64,000 bases of DNA from Octopus vulgaris (Eukaryota), in contig OX597817.1 in assembly GCA_951406725.2 (NCBI GenBank), positions 126,046,001 through 126,110,000 on the forward strand. Direction: 5' to 3'. The position numbers and the translations under genes were made by a program. Position 1 is the stretch's first letter. Each line of letters starts with the position of its first letter. Under the pieces are notes generated by a model. That model was not told the origin of the DNA, ran no database searches, and was given only the letters and a program-made list of their open reading frames with translations. Shown in pieces: positions 11,536 to 26,084 of this stretch.

Positions 11536-13076
11536 AGATCTACGATAGTCTTGTGTTATTAAATAATATAAATGAATGAAATATGTATCTGTCTTCCATA
11601 CATATTTTATCAGTGTTGCAAATGAAAATGGACATTACTTTTAAGACTATAATCAATCGTGCTCTTCATGCTATATATGTGTGTATTGTGTGTGTCTGTG
11701 TGTCTGTGTGCCTGCGTGAGTGCTTAAAGCACAAATATCATCCACTATTTGTGTTAACAGTCTGTTTTCATGTAATGCGGCAGAGAATTATATTTATCGA
11801 ATTGTCGGCTTGTAAAAATTTTTTTCCAATCTGTCATTATAAATTCACTTTTACGTTGTTTTATATTATATTTTATTTTCATCGTGGACAAGATATTTAG
11901 GAAAATGAACTTTCTTGAACTACGTTATCTTTGGTATGGTTTTCTTTTCCACTTGATCTGCATTGATCATTGATTTCTTTTATTATTGGAAAAGACTTCT
12001 AATCTGATGTGTACAAGAAATTGGCTGGAAGCATGTTATTTGACAGCTTGAGAAGCCCAAATGAAAGGATTTTAGTCAGCTGTAGATTTTAAAGTGTTTT
12101 AGTTTGTTTTCCCAAAACAGCAATCTAAATACAGAATTTTGTAACTTATTTTTTATTTGTATTTTGCCGTTCTTGAAAATAAAGTTATATACTATGCACA
12201 GGGGATTGTGCATATGTAAATCTAATTTTATATCCTTATTTATTTGGTCTGACATGATGAATGAAAAGTGGGAGAGAGTGAATGTCTCAACATATGTCAG
12301 TTTTGCAATGGATGCAAATTGACACGCTTTCCCTAATTATATATAATGCATACACATACACATATCTATATATATATATATATACAGAGAGAGAGAGTGT
12401 GTGTTTGTGTGTGTGACAGAGCGTATATATATTGAATGTGACAGACCGGTGCTGGGTTCAGGTAGATAGTTAAATAATATGATGGGAGAAAGGGTTCTCT
12501 GAAGACATAATACAGTAAATTCATTGACGTTTTGCACGCAGCAAAGACAGGTTTAATCGAGGTTGAAGTCTAAGCAGAAAGAAAGATAGAAAGAATGGCA
12601 AATATGAAACGATAAATAAATAAATGTCAGTCATGTAAGAATAAATACTATATACAGAAATGTCTAAAATATATTTGTAAAATATAAAGAAGATGTTTTA
12701 TATAAAATCGTTGAAATAAAAGAAATATAAATGGGGCTACATATTTGCCTTTTGTAAACAGACAAATGGCGTTTGAAATTGCGTATTTTGCAAGGATATC
12801 ACTTCATTATTAGTAATTTTTTTCCCCTTTCGGTAGCTCCAAAATATGACAGCACCAAGGTGCTTTCTAATGAAAATCAGTCGTTATGGGCAAATATTTG
12901 ACGAGTTGGAAGTACCTTGAGAAAAGTGGCTACAATTTGGCATTCCAGAAATTTGTCATTCAGGTTCCAAGAGCTGCATTCAAATGAATTCCTTTGTAAT
13001 GGAAGATATACTGTTTGTTGTCTTTGGATATGAGAAGATATCGTGAATTTACATCACCCCTTATACCCACTTTAGC

Positions 13077-13169
<93 letters not shown>

Positions 13170-13190
13170 TATATATATATACGTGTGTGC

Positions 13191-13276
<86 letters not shown>
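13077..13276. repeat. Compound (TA)n(TG)n(TA)n microsatellite
   Basis: Directly visible. Confidence 0.95.
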
Positions 13277-13278
<2 letters not shown>

Positions 13279-14460
13279 CTCAAAATCATTCGTGGTGTGG
13301 AAAAAGCCGGATGACGTTTTATGTTGATATATGACCGTAAGTAACATATATGTGATATATACTACCAAATTTGTTATCTTCCCATTTTCGATCAGAAGTG
13401 CTGTTTATGTCTTCTGCCAGGATTTCGTTGTATGGTAAAAAAAGGTTGCAAAGTTTCCGCGCATTGGCATAGGAGAAGACGTTTTAATAACTTACTGAAA
13501 TATTTTCACGGCATTGAGATACTTGTAATTAAATTACAATCTGAACACAAAACAAAAATGAGGAAAAGAAACAATTACAAGGCCTTTATCTTGTGGGATA
13601 AAAAGACAGGAAAAGGAGATGCTGTGGTTTGGTTTATTTCAGGAACGTTTTCGTGACCAGAACTTTCGAAGGGATTTATAAGTTATCTAATTATATAGTT
13701 AGCATCAACTTCCTTAATAATAAGACATCTTTCATTAATAATTATTTTTCTTATCAAAGTAATGAGAATAATTATGTGAAATTTTCTTTGCACTTGGTAT
13801 TCGGAAATACTACACAGTCTGAAGTACTTAATCTCAAGATTCTATCACCGGAATTCGAATTCTTTTATATCAAATAATATAATCTGTGCATAATTATACT
13901 TTTTCTAACATTACAGCAAATAGGTACTGTGTCTTTCATTAATTTGTTATATCAGTTTCTAAGAATTTATTTCTTGAAATACTTTTTTTAGATGGAACAA
14001 AAGAGAGCATACATTATGTATAACAATAGGTAGAATTATTTAAAGATACAATCACAATACGTAGGAAACATGTGATAAGTTACTAAACCCATTAAAGTGA
14101 TTTTGGGAAAGATTTAAAGAGATGAAGATAATGCAAAACTTAAACTATGTTATTTTATGAAATTATTCGCAATGAAAAAAAAACATATGTTTGCCTATAT
14201 AGACAATTTTGCTCTATTCAATATGCATTGAAGTTCCTAAGTAATTATATGCGCAAAGGTTTCTCTATTATTACAGTAATGGAATGAATTTATTCGTCAG
14301 TTGACTACAAAATTAGTGATTATATTCTCACATCTTATTCATATGTGTCTACTAATCTATATTCCGTTTCTACTTTATGAAAACAAGATATACTCCCTTA
14401 TAACACTGGTATATATATATATATATATATATGGGTACATGTAGTGTTATGAGTGCTGGT

Positions 14461-14504
<44 letters not shown>

Positions 14505-15599
14505 CTCGATACGTGTGTGTGTGTTATGTCACGTTAGCAATGTTATATCACCTACTTGAGGTAACAGCCATATTCTAGTTAAATGACACCTCACTAATTG
14601 ATGGTAATTGAAATGAAAATAATTTGCACTGTGATATTTGAAACAAGAAATGGGGAAGATGGAAATTTCACAATTTAATTACTGTTCTCTGTTTTAGGAT
14701 TAAGTTAGGGCTGATTTATGATTAAACATCAACAATGAGAGTGCGATGGAGCTTCTACGCACCACCCCTCACTACATATTAGCTGTCTTTCCTTTGAGTC
14801 ACATGAACGATATAGTAATAGATACAAAATATGACGCAGTAGACGTAACAACAAATCGCATATTACCATAAGAAGAGGAGACTATAATTTCTCTTTTGAT
14901 AATATACATTATATTCTATAAATAAGAGGTCGACTCTAGAAAGGATAGTTATTATTCCCAATTGATCTGCATTCGAATTTCCATGACAAAAGGACGTGTC
15001 TAAATGCAGCTTGGTAGTTCGTTCAGTATTTTTTTGTGATGTTCTATACTGTCTGCTTACCACTAGATACTGTTGATTTTCTGTTACATGTGATATAGCC
15101 GTATTTTGTTGCAGGCATATATTGAATATAAAATAGGTATGATGACCTACATGCAACACGAAAAGAAATTATCGTATGATTCAACTTCCCTCCTGTTGTC
15201 GGAGAAAGTGAACAAACTCCAGCAACAGTTTTGTGGAGAGATAATTGTGAGAAATGAAGAATTAATAACTGAAATTAATTTAATTGCCCAGGGAAAAAAA
15301 ACTATGACTCTTGAATGCAAGGTGCAATTAGTGGCTGTAGATGCTTACAAAGTTTCAGCTTAAAAGGCATTTAACATTGGTGAAAAAGTATTACATATTT
15401 TCTTAGAATGATTTACATAATTAAATAATTGCAATGGATTATTACCTTGTGTATTCGTGATTAAGTTACGATACACTAAAAGACATATCCAAAAACAAAA
15501 CAAAACAAAAATTACACTTGACAAAAGCCCATGACAATTTCCATCTGAAATTAAAGGGGAGACGTTTTTATATGATTTAAATTTTACTCTGTGGTAAAA

Positions 15600-16215
<616 letters not shown>

Positions 16216-19157
16216 CAAGAGTAAATAAAAATATATTTTGTATTTTGCTTATTAAACATATGGAAGATATTTGTAGCTCTTTACTATTGTGTGGTTACCA
16301 AATATAATGTTATAACACTCAGAGTTGCAGCATGCATGTAGTTGAGGGAAAATTGATATTCAACAATTTCTGTATTTTCTACGCTGTCACTATCTCGTCG
16401 TTATTCTTAGCCAAGATTCAATGCGGATATCTGAAATATATTCGGTATATTACTGGTATATGACGCATTCTGAGCAGATAAATAAGTTTCACCCGGGCAA
16501 GTATTAAGCTGACAATAGTAAATGGTGCAAAATGTTTAGTAGCATTAGAACCGCGCTGTACATTCTAAGCTAGCAAAACTAGTGGAAAAATTTTCTGCAA
16601 TAAATATTGCGTTCTTTTCATTTTAAAAGACTCACTTTTGTTTGTTGTTAACAATAAAAGTCAATCGAATTGACCTCAATGCACTGGAGATATTTATTTC
16701 ATCGTCTACAGAGGTATAAAAGATAAAAATCAATACCTTCAGAACAGAAGCCCAAAATATAGAAGAGAACTAAATGTTACATCGCATTTAATCCAGCGAT
16801 CTGATTTCTGAAATAACACTACCGCTTTCATCTATCTAATGAATATTAAAATTTGTCCGGAATCTTCGAGACATGTAAATGTAATAAAAACTGCTTTAAG
16901 CAGAGGTGCCAGCGAATGACATCAATTGAACATATCCCCAACATCGTTAGATGGATAGATAACAATGAGGTTATTATTGACACATTTTAATTTCAATGCT
17001 TCATAGAAAACTCAAGTAGTTTATAGTCACGATAAAGAAATTACCGATTTTCACTTTAAGTCTGTAAAAGGAAATGTTTCATAAAAGAATACCGATTTTT
17101 CCCTAAAGAAAGTACAGGTGACATTTATGTAAAACTGACTTGAAGTGTCTGAATATGAATAGTCGGCAAATTATATCTTATGATGTCTTACAGCTCAATA
17201 TAGTTCTGCAGGCAAATTACTTGGAATCAAACATATGACACTAAAACTTTGCTCCTTGGTGTCAAAGAAATCTGCTGTAATTGCTTTCGCTAACAGATGA
17301 ATATTTAGTGCCGGCTTGCTTTTATAAACCTGTTTCATTTATTTTTTTTCAATATCTATGAATTATATCACGTATAACAATATTAAATAGATTATCGTCC
17401 ACTTGGATATACGAAATGGATAGTAAATATATGGATGGAAAAATATTTCGAAGAGAAATGTGAGTCAGAGTTGGCGGAGGCTATAAGATTTTGACTTACC
17501 GGAAGAAAGATCAAATTTTGTTACTTATCAATAAACTCCACTGTCACTATATCTAAGATTCTTTAATTCTTATAGACACAACACATCAGCCTAATGTAGC
17601 AGTTTGAATTATTGCATTCAATAAGTGGAGTAATAGTCAAAATACATGTTGTTACTTTGATTTACAGTGTTCATAATTGTAAAACTTGCTGTAAAGTTTT
17701 CTGAACTATATATATTGGGTTTTTTTTTTGCCATGCTCATGTGAATTTCAAAATCGCTAAATAATTGCTCCATTAATCAAAATTTTATTATTCAGTAAAT
17801 GAACTTCCTTTTCTTTTTTTTTTTATTTTTGCTTATATCACTACATATTATGCAGAAATAGAGGAAAACCAATCGAATGGAACAAATAGTTTTTACTACA
17901 GTACCTGTTTTGTAATAACAGTAACAGAATACAAAGATGAGAACTATCCAACCACAAATATATAAGAAAGAGATGAGGAAAAACACAAACGAATTAACCA
18001 TTCACTTTCCCATTACGCTAATCCATTTAGATAATAATTGTTTCTTTAATTGAGTGATTAATCAAATAATTGAATCACCGACATCTGTTGATATGAATTA
18101 GGCAACGATGTATTTTGGTACTATTAAAAATGTTATGTTTAAAATTTGTTTTCAAAATTGCCTCTTTCTTTTTGTAAAATATGAAAAGAAAATTTAAATA
18201 AATTGGTTATTGAGAATTTTGCTATTGAGTTTATTGTTTAATCTTTCTGTAGAAGAATTAGTGACTTCTTGTTCTCAATCAGTATTTGCTTATAACAGTA
18301 ACTTTTGACATTGTAAAATATGAGATATTGTATAGTAATATATTATTTGTAATTATTGTAATGATATGCATATAAACAGAATGTGACTTGTGTTGAATTA
18401 GATTCTAAATCAGACCACACCTAATAAACGTGTTACATAAAATTTTGTTCCTAAGTGCACTTCCTACAAAACGGAATATTAATCTATTCTGATATAAATG
18501 AAGTTAGCAGCTAATTTCTCAGAATAATTATGTAATTAATATTAAAAAAGACACGTAGAAATGTTAAAATAATATTGTCAATAAAAAATTTCCGGTAGAT
18601 TGCAGGTTTCCCTTGGTAATATTGCACTGGCTTTATTTATTTAAGAGCAAGTAGATTGATGTAGCCATGTTTGTGATAGGGTAAATAGATATAAAACGTT
18701 TTTCAAACATAGTTCTTCAGTGACTGATTACACATCGACGTTGAAATCATTCTAACTTCGTTAGAAGATATGAAAGAATTGTTAAATGTCTGCTTCTCAT
18801 GCATAAGTTAACAACTTTGACATCACTATGCGGCACATTGAACACTGGTGCTCACTGCCATCGCTATACTGTCATCTAGCCAGTCATCTAACGTAGTGAA
18901 TTAGGGAACATAAAATATTTTGAAAGCCGATTGCATGGAATGTATGCGCAATTTCAGAACCAGCCTGTCGCTGAATGTGTCATAGTTATACTGTTTAAGG
19001 ATTAAGTGAAGAGTACACGTGTTTGTGGAATAACCTGACACTTCTATCATAAATTATCGATTTATATTTTACTGCTCAAAAAACACGTATAATCCTTATC
19101 AATATCACCACCTTGCTGTTTCGGTCTACGAAAGATTTTACACACACACACATACAA

Positions 19158-19224
<67 letters not shown>

Positions 19225-19807
19225 CCTGTATGCGTTTATAGATGCGTGTGAGTGATATTGTGTGTGTTGATTTTATGAGCCAACAACAATGCCTTTACAT
19301 TGTTATTCGATTATGTGCGAAAAAAAATAAAAGAGAAACATTCCTTAAATCACAACGTGCCGTCAGCAAGAAGGAAATATACCAGATAGTACAGTTCTAT
19401 TTATATTATGTCTGCAATAGTAAGTTACAATGTCGATTGGCGTGAACATGTCTAGAACATTCGAAAGTGCTGACCTCGAGTTCAACATCAAGCACGACAA
19501 CGACAATAAAAATAACAAAGGCAACAACGACGCAGATAACGACGTTGACGACGACGATTGGGCCTGTTCTTGAGTTGATGTAGAACTACGTATGAATAGA
19601 ACTATGAATGAAAAGAAAAGAAATTTACAATATAGCTGAACACTCAACTATAGGTTCCACGTCGAACATCAGAGTTCTGTAAGTGATTAGAATTAATTAG
19701 CGATAGTTGATACGTTACTGTACAACTATTTACGTTCTACTGTATATGAAGTTCTATTGTATGTAGTTAGAGGTTTACTTCGAAACCACATTCTTCTGGT
19801 ACAAGTA

Positions 19808-19978
19808 CCTATTTCTATACTACCCACAAGGGGCTAAACACAGAGAGGACAGACAAACGAATTAAGTCGAATATATCGACCCCAGTGCGTAACTGGCACT
19901 TATTTAATCAGAACATAGCGACGGGCGAGATACCGCTAGGCATTTCATCCAGCGTCCTAACATCTCTGCCAGCTCGCA
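19808..19978 (-). mobile_element. SINE family B, internally deleted
   Basis: Reverse complement of the family B tail and head. Confidence 0.75.
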
Positions 19979-20245
19979 CAATGTTTCCTACCGGTCATGT
20001 TTGGGGAAAGGAAGAGTAAAACAACAAACGGAGTGGGAGTGAGTGATAGTCAGAGGCAGTAAAGCATTCGAACAGACTTAAAAGTTGACCTCGGCGGAAT
20101 TTGAACTCAGAACGTGTTCAAGTACCACCGTGTGAGCCATTGGGCAAGTGTCTTCTACTATAGCCCCAGGCCGACCAAAGCCTTGTGAGTGGATTTGGTA
20201 AAAGGGAACTGAAAGAAGGCTGTCGTATATATATATATATATATA

Positions 20246-20737
20246 TATAATTAACATCAATTTAAAACCAGTGGCCTGGGATATAAAAAAATCTGAAAAT
20301 TCAGAAAAATTGTATTACATGCGTATCAGAAGGGATGACCTCTAAGGGGACATCCAATATGCTAGAAATAGATCACCTACGAATTATCTTCTGCCAGATC
20401 TGAGACATTTGAAAATAACCCCAATGTAATCGGTATAACTGTACACACGGTGAATTTTATGAGGACAACCTGGGTATAGTTCTGCAAATTGTATTGAATT
20501 AGAACGGTAGTACTGAAGAGCCAGAGACGTTGTTACGTAAGTAAAATCGTTAATGGCGAAACTAGTCATCGATTAATTCTTTATTTTGTATATATTCATT
20601 TGTCTTACCCGCTTATGATCTGGCATTTGCTGAATTTTTCTAGAGAACATTCTTTTCTTTTGTGGTTAGATCGTAGGTGACCTATTTCTAGCTTACTGAA
20701 TGTCCACTTAGTGGCCATCACTTCTTATACGCATGTA
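20246..20737 (+). mobile_element. Fold-back HHR element related to the 6419-7220 family
   Basis: 20316-20382 is inverted at 20671-20737. TTCATTTGTCTTACCC..GAGAACA resembles 6461-6516, and 20248-20280 is the reverse complement of a 6630-6665-like segment. Confidence 0.75.
20505..20572 (+). ncRNA. Hammerhead ribozyme (helix I degenerate)
   Basis: CTGAAGA-GCCA[30 nt]TGGC-GAAA-CTAG-TC^. Perfect 4-bp helix II, palindromic helix III, GUC triplet. Helix I pairs poorly. Confidence 0.65.
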
Positions 20738-21504
20738 TATATATATATATTTGTATACATGTATGTATGTGTGTGTGTGTGTGTGTGTGTCTTTGAGTCT
20801 CTGTGCCTATAACTTAGTGATTAAGCGGAAGATTGCGATAGAATAAAAGCTAGGCTTTAAAAAAATAATGGGTCGATTTGTTTGAGTAAAATTCTTCATA
20901 GTTGTACCGCAATCTAATGACTGAAATACGTATAAGATAAAGTATCGAGGGATAAGTGTCTTTTTAATCTTGTGACCAATAATACAGAGTATCAATTGCC
21001 CATGAAAGCACATCTTAACTTTTCTGTTAGCCAATATTGTGGCGGTGAAAAACAAATAATGCTTATAAAATGGAACACATTTGATGGGAGGTCTGCCTGT
21101 ACGGGAAGGAAATGTTCTGAACTTACACAACAAAAACAATCTGCAGTTCACTCTAGACGAAAATTTTCGTACAAAAGTGAGTGTTTATTTCAGCATTATA
21201 TCTATGTATGAAATCCTAGTAGTTATGATAACAACGGAATATTATTACAAACTTGCGGCAAGATTTAATTACAAAATGTAAGTTTATCATAATTAAATAT
21301 ATTGATATTGATTGTAAGTCTTGAATTACAACATCAATACATACAAAGTAATGCGTACAAACAGATATACATATATTTTCTATCAGTCAATCAATCAGTC
21401 AATCAGGCTGTTTATCAATTTATCAATCTCTTTCTATCGGGCATACTAGCCCGATTAAAATTTGTTTCATATGTGCTTGTGTATGTTTGTGTGCGTGTGC
21501 GTGA

Positions 21505-21541
<37 letters not shown>

Positions 21542-21643
21542 TGTGTCTGTATATAAACTCATATCTGTATCCATTTTTCTAGTAATCTAACTATATCTCT
21601 ATCTATATCGATCATTTTATCTCTCTCTCTCTATGTATGTATG

Positions 21644-21709
<66 letters not shown>

Positions 21710-22324
21710 TACAGAACATAGAAATAATGGTTTACGTAACTTCATTTATTTTATACTTATCAATGGCTTACAATTAATTCGGATATGCTTTTGGGTAGGA
21801 TCATAATTTGACAATTTCAGCCAATAACTGAATGACTGAAAATACGGGAGAACGCTACCTATGGTATCTTCTTGAGAGCTGCAAGAAAGCAACTGCCAAA
21901 GAAAACGTTAAGATTTGGAATTTCGTTATCATCGTATTATTACGGAGCTAGATATTCTATTTTAAGTACTCAAACTTAAACCATTGTTTACTCCCTCTAC
22001 AAGGACTTAATGGTACTGACGCCAGTAGGGAAACCTGATAACCGACCGCGTCGTTATGGTCAGGGACAGGCTGTTGGTGATTACAATTGTATTTAGAAAA
22101 CATTGTCTGAGGTAAGTATTTAAAAGGGTCTAAATCTATTTACTATGAACGGTGATAGAAATGAGACAGACTTGTAAACAGTTTATTTACATGATTAAAA
22201 CCTAAATACTAGTAACAATGAATCCTAAATAAACTATGACTGATAAAGCAGCAATAGCACTAAGATTTAAATATAATCCCACAATACAAGATTAGGACAT
22301 AACTAGTTATGGATTGTAGAGTAA

Positions 22325-23465
22325 ATAACATTATTTACAATGGACGGAGTGGTGTTCTCACCTTGTTTGTTGTTATCATAACGTCTTCTGGCGGAATTTC
22401 GTACCAAAATGAAGTACACTGTTCTCATTCCTAAAGTATGTTATTTTTCTGTTGATATTAATTTTTCAAGTCCCTGCCTGGGATTGAACTTAGAATCCGA
22501 AGCTTAGAAGTCCACGCTCTTATTCACAATACTACATGATCATGGGCAATAATAGAGTGAATTTTAGGGCTTATATACCTAGTATTTTATTTATTCTTAA
22601 TACTGGTTCCCATCTTACATTCATATCTGCACTAGGTCTGCTTATTGTGTCCTAGAATATGTGCAGCCTCTTTCAATTTTTGTATTTCCCAGAGGTGTTA
22701 TCTGTCGATTATATTAACTACATCCCACAGCGGAGGGTTGTCTCCGTTTTTCCATACATGATCGGGTATACCTGATTTTTCAACACGTCTACATTGCTTA
22801 TTACTGGTGATAATGGCATACTCATAGCTAAACACTCATCCTGTCGATATATATCAGTATCTACTTTGAAGCAGGTAGTTTCTACGCAGAAATTCAACAT
22901 TTCCATCAGGTTTTCTATTGGTAGAGTAGTTCGTTCTTTCCGAGAGGTATCCGTTACTAGTTTGTCTTGAATCACCAATATTGCTTCATTCGTTGAGACT
23001 TTAATAAACAGACTTATCACATCTAGACTCACCATCTCATTGTATCCAATGGGGGTATCCTTGATCAATTCTGTGAAGTGAACGGAATTCTTCACATACA
23101 ATGTTGACTCACCGGCTAATGGACTGATTATACTCTCAAGGAAACAGGCTCAGGGAATGACATGCCGAACCTCCACAGCTCACTATATGTCTTAATGGAA
23201 ATCCATCCTTATGAACCTCCAGGAAACCGTACATATGTGGCAGCTTACTGCAATGTTGGGTCCGTTGTCTGTACTTCATTGGTATGAAATGAGCATTGTT
23301 CTTGATTAAGATCTGTGACAATTTCCACTCTGTTTTCAGAATTGAGTCATTCTTTATTTTGCTGTAGCTACCATCACTTATGAGACTTTCTGAATTTTCC
23401 GAGTATTCAGACTTGTTCATCAGCACCGTAGCGTTGCCCTTATTAGCTGGAAGTATTATGATGGA
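22325..23465 (-). mobile_element. Decayed Penelope-like element (RT, GIY-YIG C-terminus, 3' UTR/pLTR with tRNA-like module)
   Basis: IILPANKGNATVLM, LPHMYGFLEVHKDGFPLRHIVS, MVSLDVISLF, YRQDECLAMSMPLSPV (ORFs 23136-23426 and 22718-23101), then KLKEAAHIL near 22650-22680. The 3' region is homologous to 51960-52095 and 54361-54560. Confidence 0.9.
22468..22536 (-). other. tRNA-like module in the PLE 3' region (degenerate)
   Basis: Minus strand GTGAATAAGAGCGTGGACTTCTAAGC..CTAAGTTCAATCCCAGGCAGGGAC aligns to the tRNA-like module at 54397-54458. Confidence 0.55.
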
Positions 23466-23801
23466 ACTGTACTAAATACAATACACATTTAACGCTTGAT
23501 AAACTGAATTCAAGAGATGAATTAACTGCTGATGACTATTGTAAATTATTTCGATTAAGCGAAAAAGAAATATCACAAGCCTCACTTATTACCGACAATT
23601 GACATGAATTTAGGGACGATACACTCTACATTTTTCTCTCTCTGGATAAGAGAAGACAACTGTATACTCTAGGTTGTGGAACCATGTTATCTCTAAGGCA
23701 ATTTTCTATGCTGATTTTAGAGCCACAGGCCTTTAGATAATGGACTCATAAAAAATAATAATGCATAATTTAAAAAAACTTCGACGTGAATAACATGGAA
23801 A

Positions 23802-23892
23802 GTACAATCACACATGTTCTTATATAGGCCTCCCATTCTTTCTTCTCTCAATTTCTCTCTTCCTCTATCTCTGTCTCATACATATATGCATA

Positions 23893-23952
<60 letters not shown>

Positions 23953-24196
23953 TATGCATATATCTATGAGACAGATAAGAGAAGAGAGAAATTAAGATGA
24001 GAAAGAGAGAAAGAAAGAATGGGAGGCCAATATAAGAACATGTGTCATTGTACTGTTTTTCTGTGTCCCATTCTATAGAAGAGCGTAGCTCGAAACGTAA
24101 AAGACTTTTTCTATTCCTGAGCGTTATACTAATACATCTCTTTGTTTTGTACACCACATGTCTTCGTCTTTTGTTTTTTCAGTAAACTCTCCCTAT
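23802..24196 (+). mobile_element. pLTR 3' end with degenerate minimal HHR, preceded by an inverted duplication centred on (TA)n
   Basis: 23802-23895 is inverted at 23950-24053. It is followed by CTATAGAA-GAGCGTAGCTC-GAAA-CGTA-AAAGA (24073-24104) and a tail ending CTCCCTA-(TA)n. Homologous to 56570-56709. Confidence 0.7.
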
Positions 24197-24198
24197 AC

Positions 24199-24242
<44 letters not shown>

Positions 24243-24245
<3 letters not shown>

Positions 24246-24463
24246 AGAGAGATAATGGTGTCATTGGGACCCAAACGTGTCAGGTAATGCTGAATAAATG
24301 CTATAGACAGACCATAGTTAATGTCCAGATTCGGTAATTTTGCGAATAAAGGTTTCAACGTTGGTTCTATGTCAGCGTGTGTATATAAGAACTTTTGAGT
24401 AATAATATAAAAAAACAAGGCTGTGTAGAGCCTTGGTTTTTTTTATCTTAATACACAAAAGTT

Positions 24464-24470
<7 letters not shown>
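24243..24470 (-). mobile_element. Small fold-back element between (TA)n tracts
   Basis: TATATAAGAACTTTTG..ACAAGGCT (24382-24422) is imperfectly inverted at 24429-24470, with a unique tail at 24243-24381. Orientation is inferred by analogy. Confidence 0.55.
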
Positions 24471-24533
<63 letters not shown>

Positions 24534-24926
24534 TAGATATATATGCACACACATCTTTGAAAACTACTTCAAACTCATTTGTTACTGGCATACACAGAGT
24601 GCCATCTACTTAGTGCTTCTATATAAACACATTCTGAAAAGATATGTATGTTTTATATGTTGAACTACAATTACATTTGTTAAGCCACAAGCAAAACGCA
24701 AATTTAATGTGAAAAGTTGGATTATATTCATTGAAAATAACTACGTTATGTGGAAACATAACGATATATTTGTACTTTTAAAATGTTCATATCTTAGGTG
24801 ACCTTATTTTTGAAATATCCAGATTGCCTTTTGTTTATATAGAAGGTGATTGTCCTACTGACGATTAAAAAGATAAGTTTCATTCCTGGTGAAGATTTAA
24901 CTGATAACAATTACAAGGACACGTAT

Positions 24927-25378
24927 ACTCTTTTACTCTTTTAGTTGTTTCAGTTATTTGACTACGGCCATGCTGGTGCACCGCCATTTGTCGAGCAAAT
25001 CGACCCCAGGACTTTATCCTTTGTGAGCCTAGTATTTATTCTATCGGTCTCTTTTGTGGAACCACTAAGTTACGGGGACGTAAGCACACCAACATCGATT
25101 GTTAAGCGATGGTGGGGAGCCAGGCACAGACACTCACAAATATATACATACATACACCCACACACATATATATATGTGCATACACACACATACACACACA
25201 CACACATATATATAAATAGAAGATGGGCTTCTTTCAGCTTTCGTCCACCAAATACACTCACAAGGTCTGCCTGATGCTATAGTAGGAGACACTTGCCCAA
25301 GCTGCCACGTAGTTGGACTGAACCCAGAATCATGTAGTTGGGAAGCAGGCTTCTTACCTCACAGCCACTCCTGCGCCT
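24927..25378 (-). mobile_element. SINE family A, full length
   Basis: Reverse complement from GGCGCAGGAGTGGCTGTG to the AAAAGAGT tail repeats. Confidence 0.85.
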
Positions 25379-25409
25379 ATAAGAGTGGTGATACTTACAC
25401 GTAGGTTAA

Positions 25410-25625
25410 GGAGGCGAGCTACAAAAATCGTTAGCAATTCGGATAAAATGATTAATAGCATTTCGTCCGTCTTTACGCACGTTTGCAGTTCAAATTTCGC
25501 CGAGGTCGACATTACGTTTCATCATTTTGGAGTTGATAGAATATTAGCTGGACAACGTAATGTCAATGGAATCGACTTAACCCCTCCTCCGAAAAGGCGT
25601 CCCATATACCAAAATTTGAAATTGG
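25410..25625 (+). mobile_element. SINE family B, decayed
   Basis: GGCGAGCT..AGTTCAAATTTCGCCGAGGTCGAC. Confidence 0.7.
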
Positions 25626-26084
25626 TATGTCCACGTAGATTTACAGTATAAAAATTAGGAGGCAAAACCAAGCCTGTTGAGATTCGAAATTGAATACTCT
25701 AAGGTACTTAGACTAGCATTTTGTTCGTTTCTACGCGATAATTATTCTGTGAGGCACTATCTCACAAATATGTTTACAGGTGTAAAATAGTTAGAAACGT
25801 TCCATTTATGCAAGCGAGATAATTGAATGCTATCACGCATGGAAGGTAGCACACTCGTAGTATCGATTTACCAGAAGGAATACTCAAGAGAAGGTAAAGA
25901 AATGTATAACTGCATCATTTGACTGGTCGATTGGTTTAACACTACCATCTTCCTTTCGCCCTATTATTAGTATAAAAATTATGAAAAGTGTTCATGGAGG
26001 CTGCTCATCTTCTGATTCACATGCATTTTCAATAGAGGAAAAGGCAAGGCAGCGAGATTGCAGATTCGTTACCGCGCTGACATG

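Larger units (their letters stand above)
20123..20940 (+). mobile_element. SINE family A split by an insertion in its internal (TA)n
   Basis: 5' half at 20123-20230 (TTGGGCAAGTGTCTTCTACTATAGC). 3' half at ~20790-20940 (TAACTTAG..GATAGAATAA..GGGTCGATTTG..TGACTGAAA). Confidence 0.75.

Noticed and set aside
18688-18725. Minus-strand CTGAAGA..GAAA-AACGTT hammerhead-like string
   Set aside because: Helices I and II do not pair and there is no element context.
22012-22043. GGTA-CTGACGC-CAGTAGG-GAAA-CCTGA-TA-ACC
   Set aside because: A9 is missing and helix III is mismatched. It may be a decayed HHR but cannot be supported.
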